64,000 nucleotides of DNA, from contig NC_087248.1 in NCBI RefSeq assembly GCF_037042905.1, forward strand, positions 13,578,001 to 13,642,000, in the 5' to 3' direction. Numbering within the stretch: position 1 is the stretch's first letter; the number at the start of each line of letters is the position of its first letter. Below are positions 48,676 to 60,654 of this stretch, in pieces. A program made the translations under genes and the position numbers. Source of the stretch: Lytechinus pictus (taxonomy: Eukaryota). The notes under the pieces are model-generated. The model was given only the letters and a program-made list of their open reading frames with translations. It was not told where the DNA came from and ran no database searches.

Positions 48676-50760
48676 CTAATTTACCTTTGAATCTTTGGGC
48701 ATGTCGGGAGTCACAATCATTATTTTACCAGTTTCAGTAGCCACTGCGGCTGCAGACTCTCCCGTTGGTGGAACTGCTATAATGAGACTATTACAGCTGT
48801 GTGATTCTCCCTGAAACAGGGTATCCACCTTCAACCCCTGAAAGGAGTACCTTTCCAGTGTCCTCTTCGTGTCTTCGCCTGACCATAATACATATAGTAA
48901 GCGATTAGCATCACACCCGATGGCCACCTCCTTCCATTTATCGTCGTGGATAGAGCGAAGTGCCTTTCCGGATTGGTCTAGAATGGACACGGTTGCTGGT
49001 TCGTGCAAGACCGCAATCAAATCTGGTTTTATATGAGGGACAGCGATGCAGGTCGGTGAAATATCCTTCACATCGATTGTATCCTTCAGTGTACCGCTCG
49101 ACCGAAGAACATATATCTTATGGTTGTCGCGATCAGTGATGTAAATATTGTCAGCACTGTCTGTTGCCAAACCAGAGATATTTCGTCCATTTGGTAAATT
49201 ATCATCTATCTGGTCCAGTTTATCCCCAAGGATGTACAACTTCGCATCAGTGGTTGCGATGATGAAGTATTGGTCTGAAAAAGAAGAAAAACATCTGATG
49301 CTTTGGTATTCCAGATCGAGGAAACGGGTCCAACTTAAATCGTTACAGTGAGGTAAGCTTGTAGCCGTCTGTCGAATAACAGTAGACACATCAGTATTCC
49401 TAACTGTCTTTGAATAAGTGTTTAAACAACGATCGCGACACTTTATGCAATATGCACCATCACATGGTTTATACTTCGTGTGTCCATCTGTGACGCCTTC
49501 AGCTTTGACAATGGCTGAAATTCTTCCGTCACGAGAGAACTGAACATCTATTGGTCCATCAATACATTCCACTGTCAGAGTGTTGTGTTCTCTGCAGTCA
49601 CAATTTATTACGACTTTCCCAAATTTCGCCTCTATTGTTTTTACATGATAGTGCAAGTCATCGTTTGACTTCTTTATCTGTTGGAACTGATCCGTATCCG
49701 GTTTATCAGCTATAGTTCTATCCATGGCCTGATTAAGATCTTTGTACATGGAGGCCAGCCCAACAGGATCCTCCTTGTTTTCAAGAAGCTTCTTCGACAT
49801 AGACAAGCTCTTATCTGCCAGTGATCTCATGTGTTCTGTTTTCTTCATCAGTCGATCTAACTGGTTTTCTTGGTCATCAAGAATGTCCTGTGCTTCCTTT
49901 TCCATTTGCAACTGCGTCTTTTTCACCCTTCGATTAAATTCAGTAGAAGCTTTCTCAATGGCTTTGCTTTTTTTCTTAGAGTTGTCTATTATATCATTTC
50001 GGAGTTTATGTAGCGAATTGAGAAAATCTGTAAATTCATCACATTTCTTGGATACCATTACTTGGCGTGAGCTCAGCTCCTCGCGGATAGTCGGGACGTA
50101 ATCCTTCAGTAATTTAAGCGTGTGATCTCCTTGTGCATGGTCAGACAGTGTACAATCTTGGCAGACGGGTTCAAGGCAGGTCACGCAGAAAATCTTTAGT
50201 TTTTCGTCGACATGTTTTGGACAGTGAATTTGGTGGTCTTTATTTTTTATTGATACCTTTCCGGCAAGCAGATCAGATATCTTAGCAACTTCATGTGCTT
50301 TGGTGAGTCGTAAACCAGCGTGTACTGTCGTGCAGCGTTTACATATGACCTGGCAACAATCGCTGCAGAAAGTAAAATTCGAATCCTCAGTCGAAGAAGC
50401 TTTTACACTTGCAGTCCATCCACAAACCTCGCAGTGATTGCCTGAATTCACAAGTTTGCTCTTTCTGGTTTCCTTTTCCCGAAGAGCTGCTACTAAACGA
50501 GTAGCTCTGTAGTCCAGTTTCAATCCAAGGACACCGTTTTCAGGTAGTGTAGTATGTGCACAGCAGATGGCGCACTTCAGGTTGCCTTTCCCAGACCCGG
50601 ACGAGTCATCTTTCGAGCTTTTAAAGTACTTTTCCAAGCACTTCTCGCAAAAGCTGTGCAAGCATTCCAGTATTCGCGGTCTTTCCAACATACTGAGGCA
50701 TATTGCACATTCAACTTCATCGGAAATAACAGAATCAAGAAAAGTGTTTAGAGTTGCCAT
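48676..50760 (-). CDS. Tripartite-motif (TRIM) E3 ubiquitin ligase: RING, two B-boxes, coiled coil, C-terminal NHL-like beta-propeller (TRIM56/TRIM2/3-like); single-exon CDS, 694 aa
   Basis: Uninterrupted 2085-nt ORF. RING CAIC..CLHSFCEKC..CAIC; B-box1 CEVC..FCSDCCQVICKRCTTVH..H; B-box2 CPKH..FCVTCLEPVCQDC..DH..H; heptad region; NHL-like blade ISGLATDSADNIYITDRDNHKIYVL. Confidence 0.95.
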   Translation of the reverse strand: MATLNTFLDSVISDEVECAICLSMLERPRILECLHSFCEKCLEKYFKSSKDDSSGSGKGNLKCAICCAHTTLPENGVLGLKLDYRATRLVAALREKETRKSKLVNSGNHCEVCGWTASVKASSTEDSNFTFCSDCCQVICKRCTTVHAGLRLTKAHEVAKISDLLAGKVSIKNKDHQIHCPKHVDEKLKIFCVTCLEPVCQDCTLSDHAQGDHTLKLLKDYVPTIREELSSRQVMVSKKCDEFTDFLNSLHKLRNDIIDNSKKKSKAIEKASTEFNRRVKKTQLQMEKEAQDILDDQENQLDRLMKKTEHMRSLADKSLSMSKKLLENKEDPVGLASMYKDLNQAMDRTIADKPDTDQFQQIKKSNDDLHYHVKTIEAKFGKVVINCDCREHNTLTVECIDGPIDVQFSRDGRISAIVKAEGVTDGHTKYKPCDGAYCIKCRDRCLNTYSKTVRNTDVSTVIRQTATSLPHCNDLSWTRFLDLEYQSIRCFSSFSDQYFIIATTDAKLYILGDKLDQIDDNLPNGRNISGLATDSADNIYITDRDNHKIYVLRSSGTLKDTIDVKDISPTCIAVPHIKPDLIAVLHEPATVSILDQSGKALRSIHDDKWKEVAIGCDANRLLYVLWSGEDTKRTLERYSFQGLKVDTLFQGESHSCNSLIIAVPPTGESAAAVATETGKIMIVTPDMPKDSKVN

Positions 50761-52842
50761 CGTAATTTATTTCATAGAATAGTGATGGATAAAGCTGAAA
50801 TGACGTATAACGACGGGGATTTTTAAATTATATTTGCGGACTTAACAGAGGTTCAAATGTCAAAGTTCAAGATGATCACAGCCTCCAGGTATTTTAGTAC
50901 CGTTGGAATATCTGGGATGTTGGGGACACGAACGTGGTCACCTGATTATTTGTACTTTGAATAAGATGATATTACCTATTTCGAAGAGGATGACAAACCT
51001 TATGCTGAATCCTGAGAACAGTTTACCTGAAAAGAAGAGGGGATAACCAACGGACTGTAAATGACAAATCAAAAGACGCAAAAGTAGCACAGAATAATCG
51101 ACTTTTACTGTCGGTGTCTCTTTTCTTCTAATTTACAGTTATCTTCAACAGAGTAAAAATTGCTTCAGTTGTAGCTAAATGAAGCAGACCAGAATACATT
51201 TATGCTAAAACGTTGTGTTTGATAAAAAAAGATCTTTCAATGCATCTCCATGTCAACAGTATCTGTTGTAAAGCATCCTTTGCCCGAAGAAAAAGTTTGT
51301 AAAGTTCGTAGATCTTTGTAAACCATCTACTGAAGTCCCCATTTCCTGAACTTATTAGTTCACTTCTTAACATTTGAAACAAACGTCTAGAGCCCGTCTA
51401 GTTTCCCTAACTAAAAACATGATCATATTACAATAACTTTTAACCATGGCACTGGCTACCCATCAAATTTCGCATACAGTTCAAAAATCTACTCTTAACA
51501 TTTTAATCTGTTCATAGTCATGCTACAAAATATCTTTCTGAATTAATCCAGGAAAAAACGTACGTACGTCCCTTCGTTCTGCAAATCAATATTTCTTAAT
51601 TATCAAAAACCTTTTTATTTCGTGATAGGTCATTTTCAAGGCCCCACGTCTGTGTTATATTCTTCCATTTTCCATTCTTTCTATCCCGATACATTTTTCA
51701 GATAAAATTGAAATCTTACCTTCGAAAAAAGCATAAAATTATTCAACATAACTCTATCTAAAGTTATTTAATACTTTACTTTTGGCTTTATAATTTCTAG
51801 TTCTTTTTTTGTACATTATACACTTTGATATGGATCTCATGAAAAGCGCTGTGCAAGTTTAAGTTATTTTAATTATTTATTTTTGGACATGTAACCCAAC
51901 ATAATTATGAATGTGTTCGCTTTATTTTTTAAAATGTTATACATTTGGTTGAATTAAAATAAAATCCTAAGTTATGGTTATTGCTATCGTGTCAAAATGA
52001 TTATCACCTTTCTTCACAACATGAAAATATCAAGAGCTGCGTAGTATCCAAAATATCATCAATACATGGTGTTCTGGAACGAATGAATTGTCTGATGGGT
52101 TCGTTTCCGTTCTGAAATGAATAACAATATTTTTATTCAACCCATTTTAATATCTAAAAATGATCCGGAATTCAAGATTGCTGGTTCAGAGGAATTTGAT
52201 GAGTCAAATGAATGGAAGAGAAAAAAACGTATTGTCACAGACCTTATTCGAAGCAAAAGTGAAATTACAAGTTAGCAGGTTTCGTGCATTTTCAAGCCCT
52301 ACCCGCCTTGGACGATACTTGCATTTAGATCACTCATATTCTTTCGCCTCGACAGCTGGTTCTGTTGTGTCTATTGCGCCACTCAGCGGCTATATAATGT
52401 ATATGACGCCATCTTGTTTAAGCGGAGTTGTGTTAGAGAAGTTCATTATTTCCCTTTTTCTGATTGCGAGTACGCATATTTGAAAATGAGATCACAAGCA
52501 ATGTTGGGTACGTCAATGAACGGGGGCTTGCATTGTGGCTCTAGATTCATACTTTGTGATTTCTCTCCCTACCTCATATTTGGCTTTGTCCGCTACGTCA
52601 CGCAAATCTGTTACACGTCATTTAAATGCATGTAAAACCTTTATGGGTGAAGCTACGCCAACACAGCATATACAAAATGGCAAAGTATCCTATTAGGGAT
52701 TAGGCCCTCAGACCCCCCCTTCAAAAATATGATACTGATGGATTTCCATACAGTTCAGGTTTTTTTGTTTCGTTTGTATCAATCGCAGCTCATTGTAAGG
52801 CGGGCTACTGCATGGTGTTAACGCAACGAGAGTGAAGTCTGT

Positions 52843-53209
52843 ATAATAATAATAATAATAATAATCCGCTTTTATATAGCGCTTAATCCATCGGAACGAC
52901 GTGTCTAAGCGCTTTAGAGATATATTATTACCCCGGTCGTCGGATTCAATCAGTCATTCCCGCACACAATGTGTGCACATCCTCCACTCCCTGGGGAGTA
53001 TTCCCGTCAGTCGCCTGTGAGGTGCACACAGTACTGGACAAGCTACAATGACTTTCACATCCTACCGGGTACCCATTTAGCACCTGGGTCGAGAGTGGCA
53101 AAGTGTGGATTAACGCCTTGCCAAAGGACGCTAGACCGCGGTGGGATTCGAACACACGACCCTCTGTTTACAAGGCGAGAGTCAGAACCACTACACCACG
53201 GCTCCTCCA
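52843..53209 (-). mobile_element. tRNA-derived SINE with CORE-like central domain and (ATT)n tail
   Basis: Minus strand: GGAGCCGTGGTGTAGTGG (A box) ..GTTCGAATCCC (B box), then TCCTTTGGCAAGGCGTTAATCC..CCCAGGTGCTAAATGGGTACC, and tail AAGCGCTATATAAAAGCGG(ATT)n. Confidence 0.85.
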
Positions 53210-53354
53210 CGTATAGCTAGACTACAGACTAAAATTGATATTCCAGAGTGACTTGACGGTAAGTCTTTTTTGTCAGGTCTCCTTGTCTTTTGGAAAATGT
53301 GATTTTGTTACTAAGGATACTAGATTTCGAACCAAGAAGAAGTTGGTCTCTTTT

Positions 53355-54024
53355 TGTCTCGCCCACCAGAGGTGATCGAACCCTAGGGATCCAAATGTCG
53401 TCCGTCCGTCACAAACCTTATGACACATAAATCCGCAACCGTAAGTCACTTTTCAACCAAACTTGGATGGTAGATGGACTGGGGGACCTGCATGTTATGC
53501 TGCAGTTGGAGGTCACATGATAAGGTCAAAAGTCATTTTCAGGTCAACGTTAAAGTTTACATGCAAGACTCTCTTATGACACCTTACTCCGCAACCGTAA
53601 GTCACTTTTCAACCAAACGTGGATGGTAGATGGACTTGGGGGACCTGCATGTTATGCTGCAGTCGGAGGTCACATTGTAAGGTCAAAGCTCATTTTCAGG
53701 TCAACATTAAAGTTTACATGCAATACTCTCTTATGACACCTAACTCCGCAACCGTAAGTCATATTTCAACCAAACTTGGATAGTAGATGTACTTAGGCGA
53801 CCTGCATGTTATGCTGCAGTCGGAGGTCACGTGGTATTAAGGTCAAATGTCATTTTCAGGTCAACATTAAAGTTTACGTGCAAGGCTCTTATGTGTTTTC
53901 CATCCCATGATCCCAGTCATTTCACAATGGAGTTTTGATACAATTATGTTGTCTGCCCTCACAAATCACGATATTTCTGGTTATTTTCATGAGTGGGCGA
54001 GACACAAAATCGCTTTTGCCCTGT
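53355..54024 (+). mobile_element. Non-autonomous Helentron/DINE-1(HINE)-like element with 3 x ~157-bp tandem repeat
   Basis: Subterminal inverted repeats GTCTCGCCCAC / GTGGGCGAGAC, a (GTCC)n microsatellite, and tandem units starting near 53420, 53576 and 53733. Confidence 0.75.
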
Positions 54025-56701
54025 CTTAATATAAAGAAAAAGTGGGTAACCAAACGAAATACTGAAATGGGTGGACGACCGCAACTGGTAATGAGCACAC
54101 TTATAAGAACTGAGAGTACCCTTATTACTCAACTCGGAAAAAATGACATCAGCATTATGTGATCTTGCCCGACCCCCCCCCCCACCCCTCAGTGCGGCGC
54201 CAGCCCGCGGGGGGGGGGCATTAACGAAAATATTAAACAGCATCGATTAGAGGCTCTGTTGACTAGCTTATGATTGAAATCAATACGAAATATTGCTACA
54301 TTTACGATTTACTAGAATTAATTAGGATGGTTAGAATGATGATCTATCAAGTTTTACATTGGAGTGTTTTCAAAACAGGTTTGCCAAAGCCTTCCTAAAA
54401 TTCTTTGTAGGCTCAAGTGTTTTATACATAGGTCTAGATATCTAAATAAATTATTTTCCAGTGGTCATAATTTTGTTTCCAATCAAGTATAGTCAATTAA
54501 TCACAATCAACATAGCATGTAAATCAACATACACATTGGATTATACTACTTTAATATTAAAATAAAAATGGAAATCTTAACTTACTAATGTTTTTTGTGC
54601 TGGAGCTTTTCCGTGTGACACATTTTTCGCAATTAAATTGTCACAAGCTTTGAAGTTGCTTGATCAATGCTTGCAGGTTTTCCTTTACCATAATTCACAT
54701 GTTATTTTAAAAATGCCTACCGAGCAAATAAATAACCAGACATGTTTTTTTGTTCGTTTATGGTATTGCTTTCTCAACCAAACAATAGAATAGAGTTGAA
54801 AACGTGGTATGGCAGTGAAATACGCTCTTGCTGAATAAGTCTCATCACCCACACCTTTAATATCCAAACCGATCATTGCTATTATGTTATTTCAAATGGC
54901 TCAAATATCGGTCGTTGGAAGTCGTTTTTCTTGGTGTGACTGAACGTGAGCGGGGAATTTCCAGTTGGCACGGTGCCAGCTTAAATGTATGAGGTGTTGA
55001 CTGTACAATAGAGATGCACAAAATATATAAGCAAATTTTTTTAAAAACATACAAAATACCAACAGTATGATACGCATAATACAGATAATACAATATCATG
55101 GGTACAGCAACACCAGATTTCAACACCGTACTTGAAATCACTATTAAAATCTGTCAGTTCGGTTTGTCGGTGTCTGTCCTGTCCTTATCTTAAACATCTA
55201 GAATCTAGACTATCTAGGTTTTTTGGAAGATACCATTATCATGAATTCAGCCACAGTTTCCCCATACCCCATACATGATCACTGTTAAAATGTGACATAA
55301 TCACAGAATTATAAACAATGATCAAATCCTTTTCGTCAACGAAATTCTATATAGACTTGAGCATGAATTTACCACCTTTTAACTTTCTTCTGCACATAAT
55401 TGATGCGATTGTGTCATGTAAAATTGGAATCAAGAATGCCACCTAAATACTTACAGTCATCTACATTACGTAATGGAGTATTATCAATTTGAATCTGAAA
55501 TCATTTTAAATTTTAATGAGGCTTTGTTTAGAGCTTTGTGCACAAATCTCACGAAACATTTATTCATCAAAATTGACGCTTTCTTAAAATATTGGTAGTT
55601 GGTAGATGGGCCTCGAAAAAGAAAGTGGTCCTCGATTAAAAAAAAAAGGTTGAGAAACGATGTGCTAGGTCTTCATTAATCTTATAAGTTATTCCAGTGG
55701 GGCTTTTGCATGAACAACAAACCATCGTATTATCTGCTTACAAACTATAGTAATTCATAGTATTTTTAGATGGAAGGTAGGTCATTAACAAATATAATAA
55801 TAGGGGTCCCATATGCATGGGTATCATAATAATCAACAAAAAGTAAGTCCCTCCTTAATGAAAAGGCTGTAGCTTTTGAACAGAATAATTGTGAGATATA
55901 AAATCTCCCAAGTAGTTTTTTTTACCCTCATTGAGCAAGTGCTGTGAAAAATGGAATTGATTGAGGTATGCGTGAGTTTTCAAAGGTTAAGGTCAAAATT
56001 TGCATTATTTTAGTCCAAGAGTCGTTCGGGGGTTGGACAGAGTTTGGGGTAATTTGTTTCTTGTGAATGTTATGGTGCTATTTTGTTTCATCTTCCATCA
56101 TTTAACCGCTCCACAAGATATATTGAAAACGTATAGGCATATGTACATGCTCGAGTGTGCACATTATTTTATTTTGTATCGGGTGCCACGAGCCTAATTA
56201 CATCAGGAGGGCTAAAGATATTCGTTCGACCCGACCCATTCGATTTTTTCAATTTGATATTGCTGATTGGCAAAAGTGTATGAATATGATTCAAAATCTA
56301 ACACTGATTCTAGAAATGGTAACTACTGAACTTCCTTTGTCCTAATTGGGAAGATATATCAATGATTTGGAACTATTTTTTGACTGGCGGAAGAATTGGG
56401 GCTATTTTACTGTTTCAGTTGATGAATTTGATCCCATCACAGTTATCTTCATTAATGGCGATTATTGTTAAAATGAGCTGGCTACGATACCCTTCTCTGG
56501 ACAGATATGGAATGTTAGATATATATCCTATCCAAAGGTAGTAAACATTCAACCCTCTAATTTCACATTTATCTTTTTATGAATTTTTCTGAAGTGCCAT
56601 TTTAACGCATATAAGTCTATGGGGAATGTTTTACGCGCGTGATACCATCGTCAACGAGGTTTTTGGGTAGCACCCTCTATACTCCAATCGTAGGAAAATC
56701 G

Positions 56702-59543
56702 GAAAATGTTAGAGGCGCCCCGGCCCAATTACTCGGACCCCCTCTCCATTTTCAAATTCTGAATCCACCACTGATTTGTACATACATTCAACTGATCCTG
56801 AGAAATTGCCAATAAAGAATGCATAATTTATGCAATATGAACAGTAGAAATTCAGGTGTCCTCGCTCAACTATGGAAGTGTAAAAAGTTTGGAGTGTGTC
56901 TGTGTGTGTGGTGATAAAATGATGGATGAAAAAAACAATTGAGCTGAAATGAAATTCGCCCCAATTACGTTTGACATCCCATCTAAATGAGTCTGTCAAC
57001 TTTGAAAATGATGTTTTCCCACTTTGATGCGTACTTACTCATCCATGAATAAACGAACAAATTTCATTTTTGATAAGAATTTCACCCTTGGGTTGATAAA
57101 CTTCACTGTCAATATTGCTAAAGACATTTTTAAATTAAAAAACAATTATATTGAATAAGGGGTTACTTCCTCTTGAACATAATTATGTACCCACATTATA
57201 CACAATATCTATGAGAGAGGAAATCAAAATGTTTACAAAAGTGAAGTAAGGTTAGGTTTTATGGAAGATTTTTGTTACTTCTGCATAGGTTTTGTTTTTA
57301 AATGAAACTTCGTATGTGACTTCAGAGTGAAACTATCCAAAAGGCACGCACACCAAAATAATATATAATTTGCTGTGGCACAGAGTATGTCTAAAGGGTC
57401 TCAAACTTTCTTCTCATTTACATAATTTTCAAATATTGTGTGCTCACTAAAGTATTAGGCATCGGGGATTTTCATAAAAAGCAAATCAAATGAGCTATGC
57501 ATGAAAGCCTGTGATAGATAACAATATAAGTAGTTGCATCCCCCCCCCAAAAAAAAAAAATCGTAAAAAGAGTTTTTGTTCTATGAAGCGTGAATGTTCA
57601 ATTAAATGCCTTAGAATCATTGAAGCATGTAAAGTGGTCATGAAGATAAACGAAAAAAAGTTGAGAGAATTCCAGCGCTCAAAATGAAACAATACTTGCC
57701 CAAGAAACTTGATAACTGCATTTTTCTGTTCACTAAATGTCATCATATTCTTGCAATAGAAATGAGTAAAAATGCAATTCTAGCAAATTCTGAGTCGTGC
57801 TTCAAGCGTGAAATTAAGAAAGAAGTTGTATCGTCCTTTAACCCTATCTTAACTGGGCTATTTCAGACCCACATATGCGGGGGGGTCAATTTGATTTTAA
57901 TCTGGGTTATAGGGTAGAGTTTAAATGGATGTACATATGTTCAGTATATATACACAAAAAAGAAGTAGGGCCCCCTAAATAAAAATGCTGTAAGTTTTGA
58001 ACGGAATGATTTTGAAATATAATATTTCGTAGGTATTTTTTTACACGCATTAAGCAACTCCTGGAGAAAAATGAGATTGATCGGTTGGGTCATGCATGAG
58101 TAATCAAAGACTGAATTAGAAATGACCACTTTTGAAAGTCACAAGAGTCGTTTTTCAGATTGTGTAAATACAAACATGACAAAGTTGGGCAAAGGTTTTT
58201 TTTTTTTTGGTGAATTTTATGGTGTTAACGCTGTTTTTCTATCCAGCATTTAGACACTCCACACAAGATTTTGATAACGTATGTTCATGGTTGAGTGAGC
58301 ACATTCTTTTTGTGACGTATCATCATAGGGGTTTATGGTAGTATCCCCTTTAACTTGTTTAAAACAAGTTAGAATTAGAAAATGTTAGTGGCTCCCCTCC
58401 CCCAATTTCTCGGCACCTCCCCACTTTAAAATTCTGGATAAAACACCGATTTGTCCATAAATTCAACTGATCCTAAGAAATTGTTAGGAAAGTATACAGT
58501 CTTATGCAGTAAAAAGAGTATTAATTCCCAAGTTTTCGAGTGTGCTCGCTCAACCATGAAAGTTTAAAAAGTTTGGAAAGTGTGTGGTGATAAGAATGAT
58601 GGATGATAAAAACAACATCAAATAAGTTACATTTTAAACCAAATTTGCCCCCATTATTCACTTTATAACCACTTAAAGTGAGTCTGTGACATTGAAAATG
58701 CCCCTTTTCCTCCTTTGAGGCGTGCTCATTTATCCATAAATAAATAAATCGATTGCATAGAATTCTGCCTATAGGTTGATAAATATTACTGCCAAATGAT
58801 ACTGGTCAAGACAGCTTTGAAAAAAAGTTCCACCATATTGAATGAGGGGTTACTTATTCTCAAACAAGTGCACCCAAGGTGTCCATAATGTCTATGAGAG
58901 AGTAATTCAAAATTTTAACAAAATTGAAATAAGGATTGTTTCACAGACGGTTTTTGTTAGTTATGCCAATAGTTCTCTCATGAAACTTCGCAGATGGCTT
59001 CAGGGTGGCATTATCCAAAAGGCACGCCCACCAAAATAAGCATTCGATACGGCACAGAGTGGGGCAAAGGCCTTGAACTTTCATCTCATTTTCATAATTT
59101 TCGAATATTGTGTGCTCACTGAAGCATTAAAAATCGGAATTTTCATAAAAATCCAATCAAATGAACTATGCAGGGAGGTTTGTAAGTAACAGATATATAA
59201 TAAGCAATTGCATTTTTTTCCAATAACGTAAAAAATCATGTTCCACATGTTCATTCAAGCATGAATGTTTAATTAAACACCTCTGAATCATTGAAACATG
59301 TTATTGGTCATGAACATCGCGAAAAAGGTTGAGAAAAGATCATTTCAGTAACCAAATTAAAACATTACTTGCCAATGATATTTAAAATTCGTAATTTTTT
59401 TTAATACTCATTGAGCCGTGAAATGATGAATACTATTGAAGATACTCTTCCCCAAAATAATTGTCACCATATTCGATCATTTTCATCAATGACTGTGTTT
59501 ATTCAACCGTGAAAATTAGCCAAAAAGGGTTGTATCATCTTTT
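56702..59543. repeat. Diverged direct duplication of about 1.15 kb (56702-57837 and 58378-59543) separated by about 0.5 kb
   Basis: Collinear shared blocks: GAAAATGTTAG.GGC.CCC, ATTCAACTGATCCT.AGAAATTG, TGAAACTTCG..TCCAAAAGGCACGC.CACCAAAATA, ATATTGTGTGCTCACT, GTTGTATC.TC.TTTA. Confidence 0.8.
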
Positions 59544-60490
59544 AGAAGGTACCTTTTAGAAGCCTTCTGACCCGGGCCTTCTGACTATTTTTCATGGTGA
59601 GAATGTGGAATTCGTTCCTATAAACTGGAATGAAAGTCATGAAATTTTGCTTGTGACTTTTAAAGAATGGCAATTTTGCCCTTGGCGGTGCTCACTGAAG
59701 CATGACATAAAAAAAGTATGTAACATTCACAAAGAGGGTAGCTTATAAAAATACCTACACGCTCATGTAAAAAAAATATATAAAAATCCCAGTGGTTCGG
59801 AAATTGTGGATGTTTGTTTAAGGGGGGACTTTTTTTAGTGTATAGATGGAAAATCTTATCATAAATAGGGTTTATCTGTAATATACAGATCATATCACCA
59901 TGTATGTCACAAGTCATGGCGTCTTGAAGTTATATCTATCTATTATAGTAGGGAGTTTTCGTACTAAAACATATAACGCTTTCAAGAACATAGCAAATGC
60001 CTTTCACGACAAAAAACACCCAAGAAGTCTCTGTCGAAAATTGGTGAATCAAAACACTAGCGATATATTTTGCAATATATTTTCGTCAGCTTCGAGATTC
60101 CTGTTACGGTTCACCAATTTCCGACAAAGACCTCCCAGTTGTTTATTGGGATTTGCATTTGCCTTTTCAATCAATGCATTTACTGTGTTCTTAAATTCGT
60201 TTTGCGTTGCGGTGCAAAACTCCCCAATTGTCGTGATCATACCAAGACTTATCCATTTAATCACACGTAGATAATGTCTTTAATCTTCACTTTGACATCT
60301 ACCCTGGCAAACATGGACTTTGAACTCGAGTAATATATATGCTTATTCCTCGCATGCATGTATGTGTATATTATCATAGTCACGCTGGTCATTACATCGC
60401 TTCCTATATAGGGAAATTACATCAGCTACATGTTGTAGTTCAGACTGTTTGATCTCAGGAGCTGTATCGTGATTCTGTGAGGTATTGCTG

Positions 60491-60500
60491 GTATATAAGG
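60491..60500 (+). promoter_or_regulatory. Candidate TATA box of the tetraspanin gene
   Basis: GTATATAAGG about 160 nt upstream of the ATG, with initiator-like CCAGTC about 30 nt downstream. Confidence 0.5.
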
Positions 60501-60654
60501 ACTTCTACGCGCCCTTTTAACTCCAGTCACATTCGTTTCCAATCATAGACATAGTTTAATATTGGCCTACATACACATTACAGAAAAGAGTGAAGGCTGT
60601 AGCTGCACTGGAACATTTGATACTTCGGAGTAGAAATATCATAATCAAATCAAA

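Noticed and set aside
51200-51382. Short minus-strand ORF with AKDALQQILLTWR, reminiscent of a death-domain helix
   Set aside because: Too short, with no supporting splice structure or other domain residues; likely chance.
53120-53209. tRNA-like sequences here and at about 20160-20236 and 33112-33190
   Set aside because: They are SINE heads followed by core and tail sequence, not cloverleaf tRNA genes.
59900-60274. Overlapping ORFs of 66-124 aa upstream of the tetraspanin
   Set aside because: No recognisable motif or splice-consistent link to a gene.
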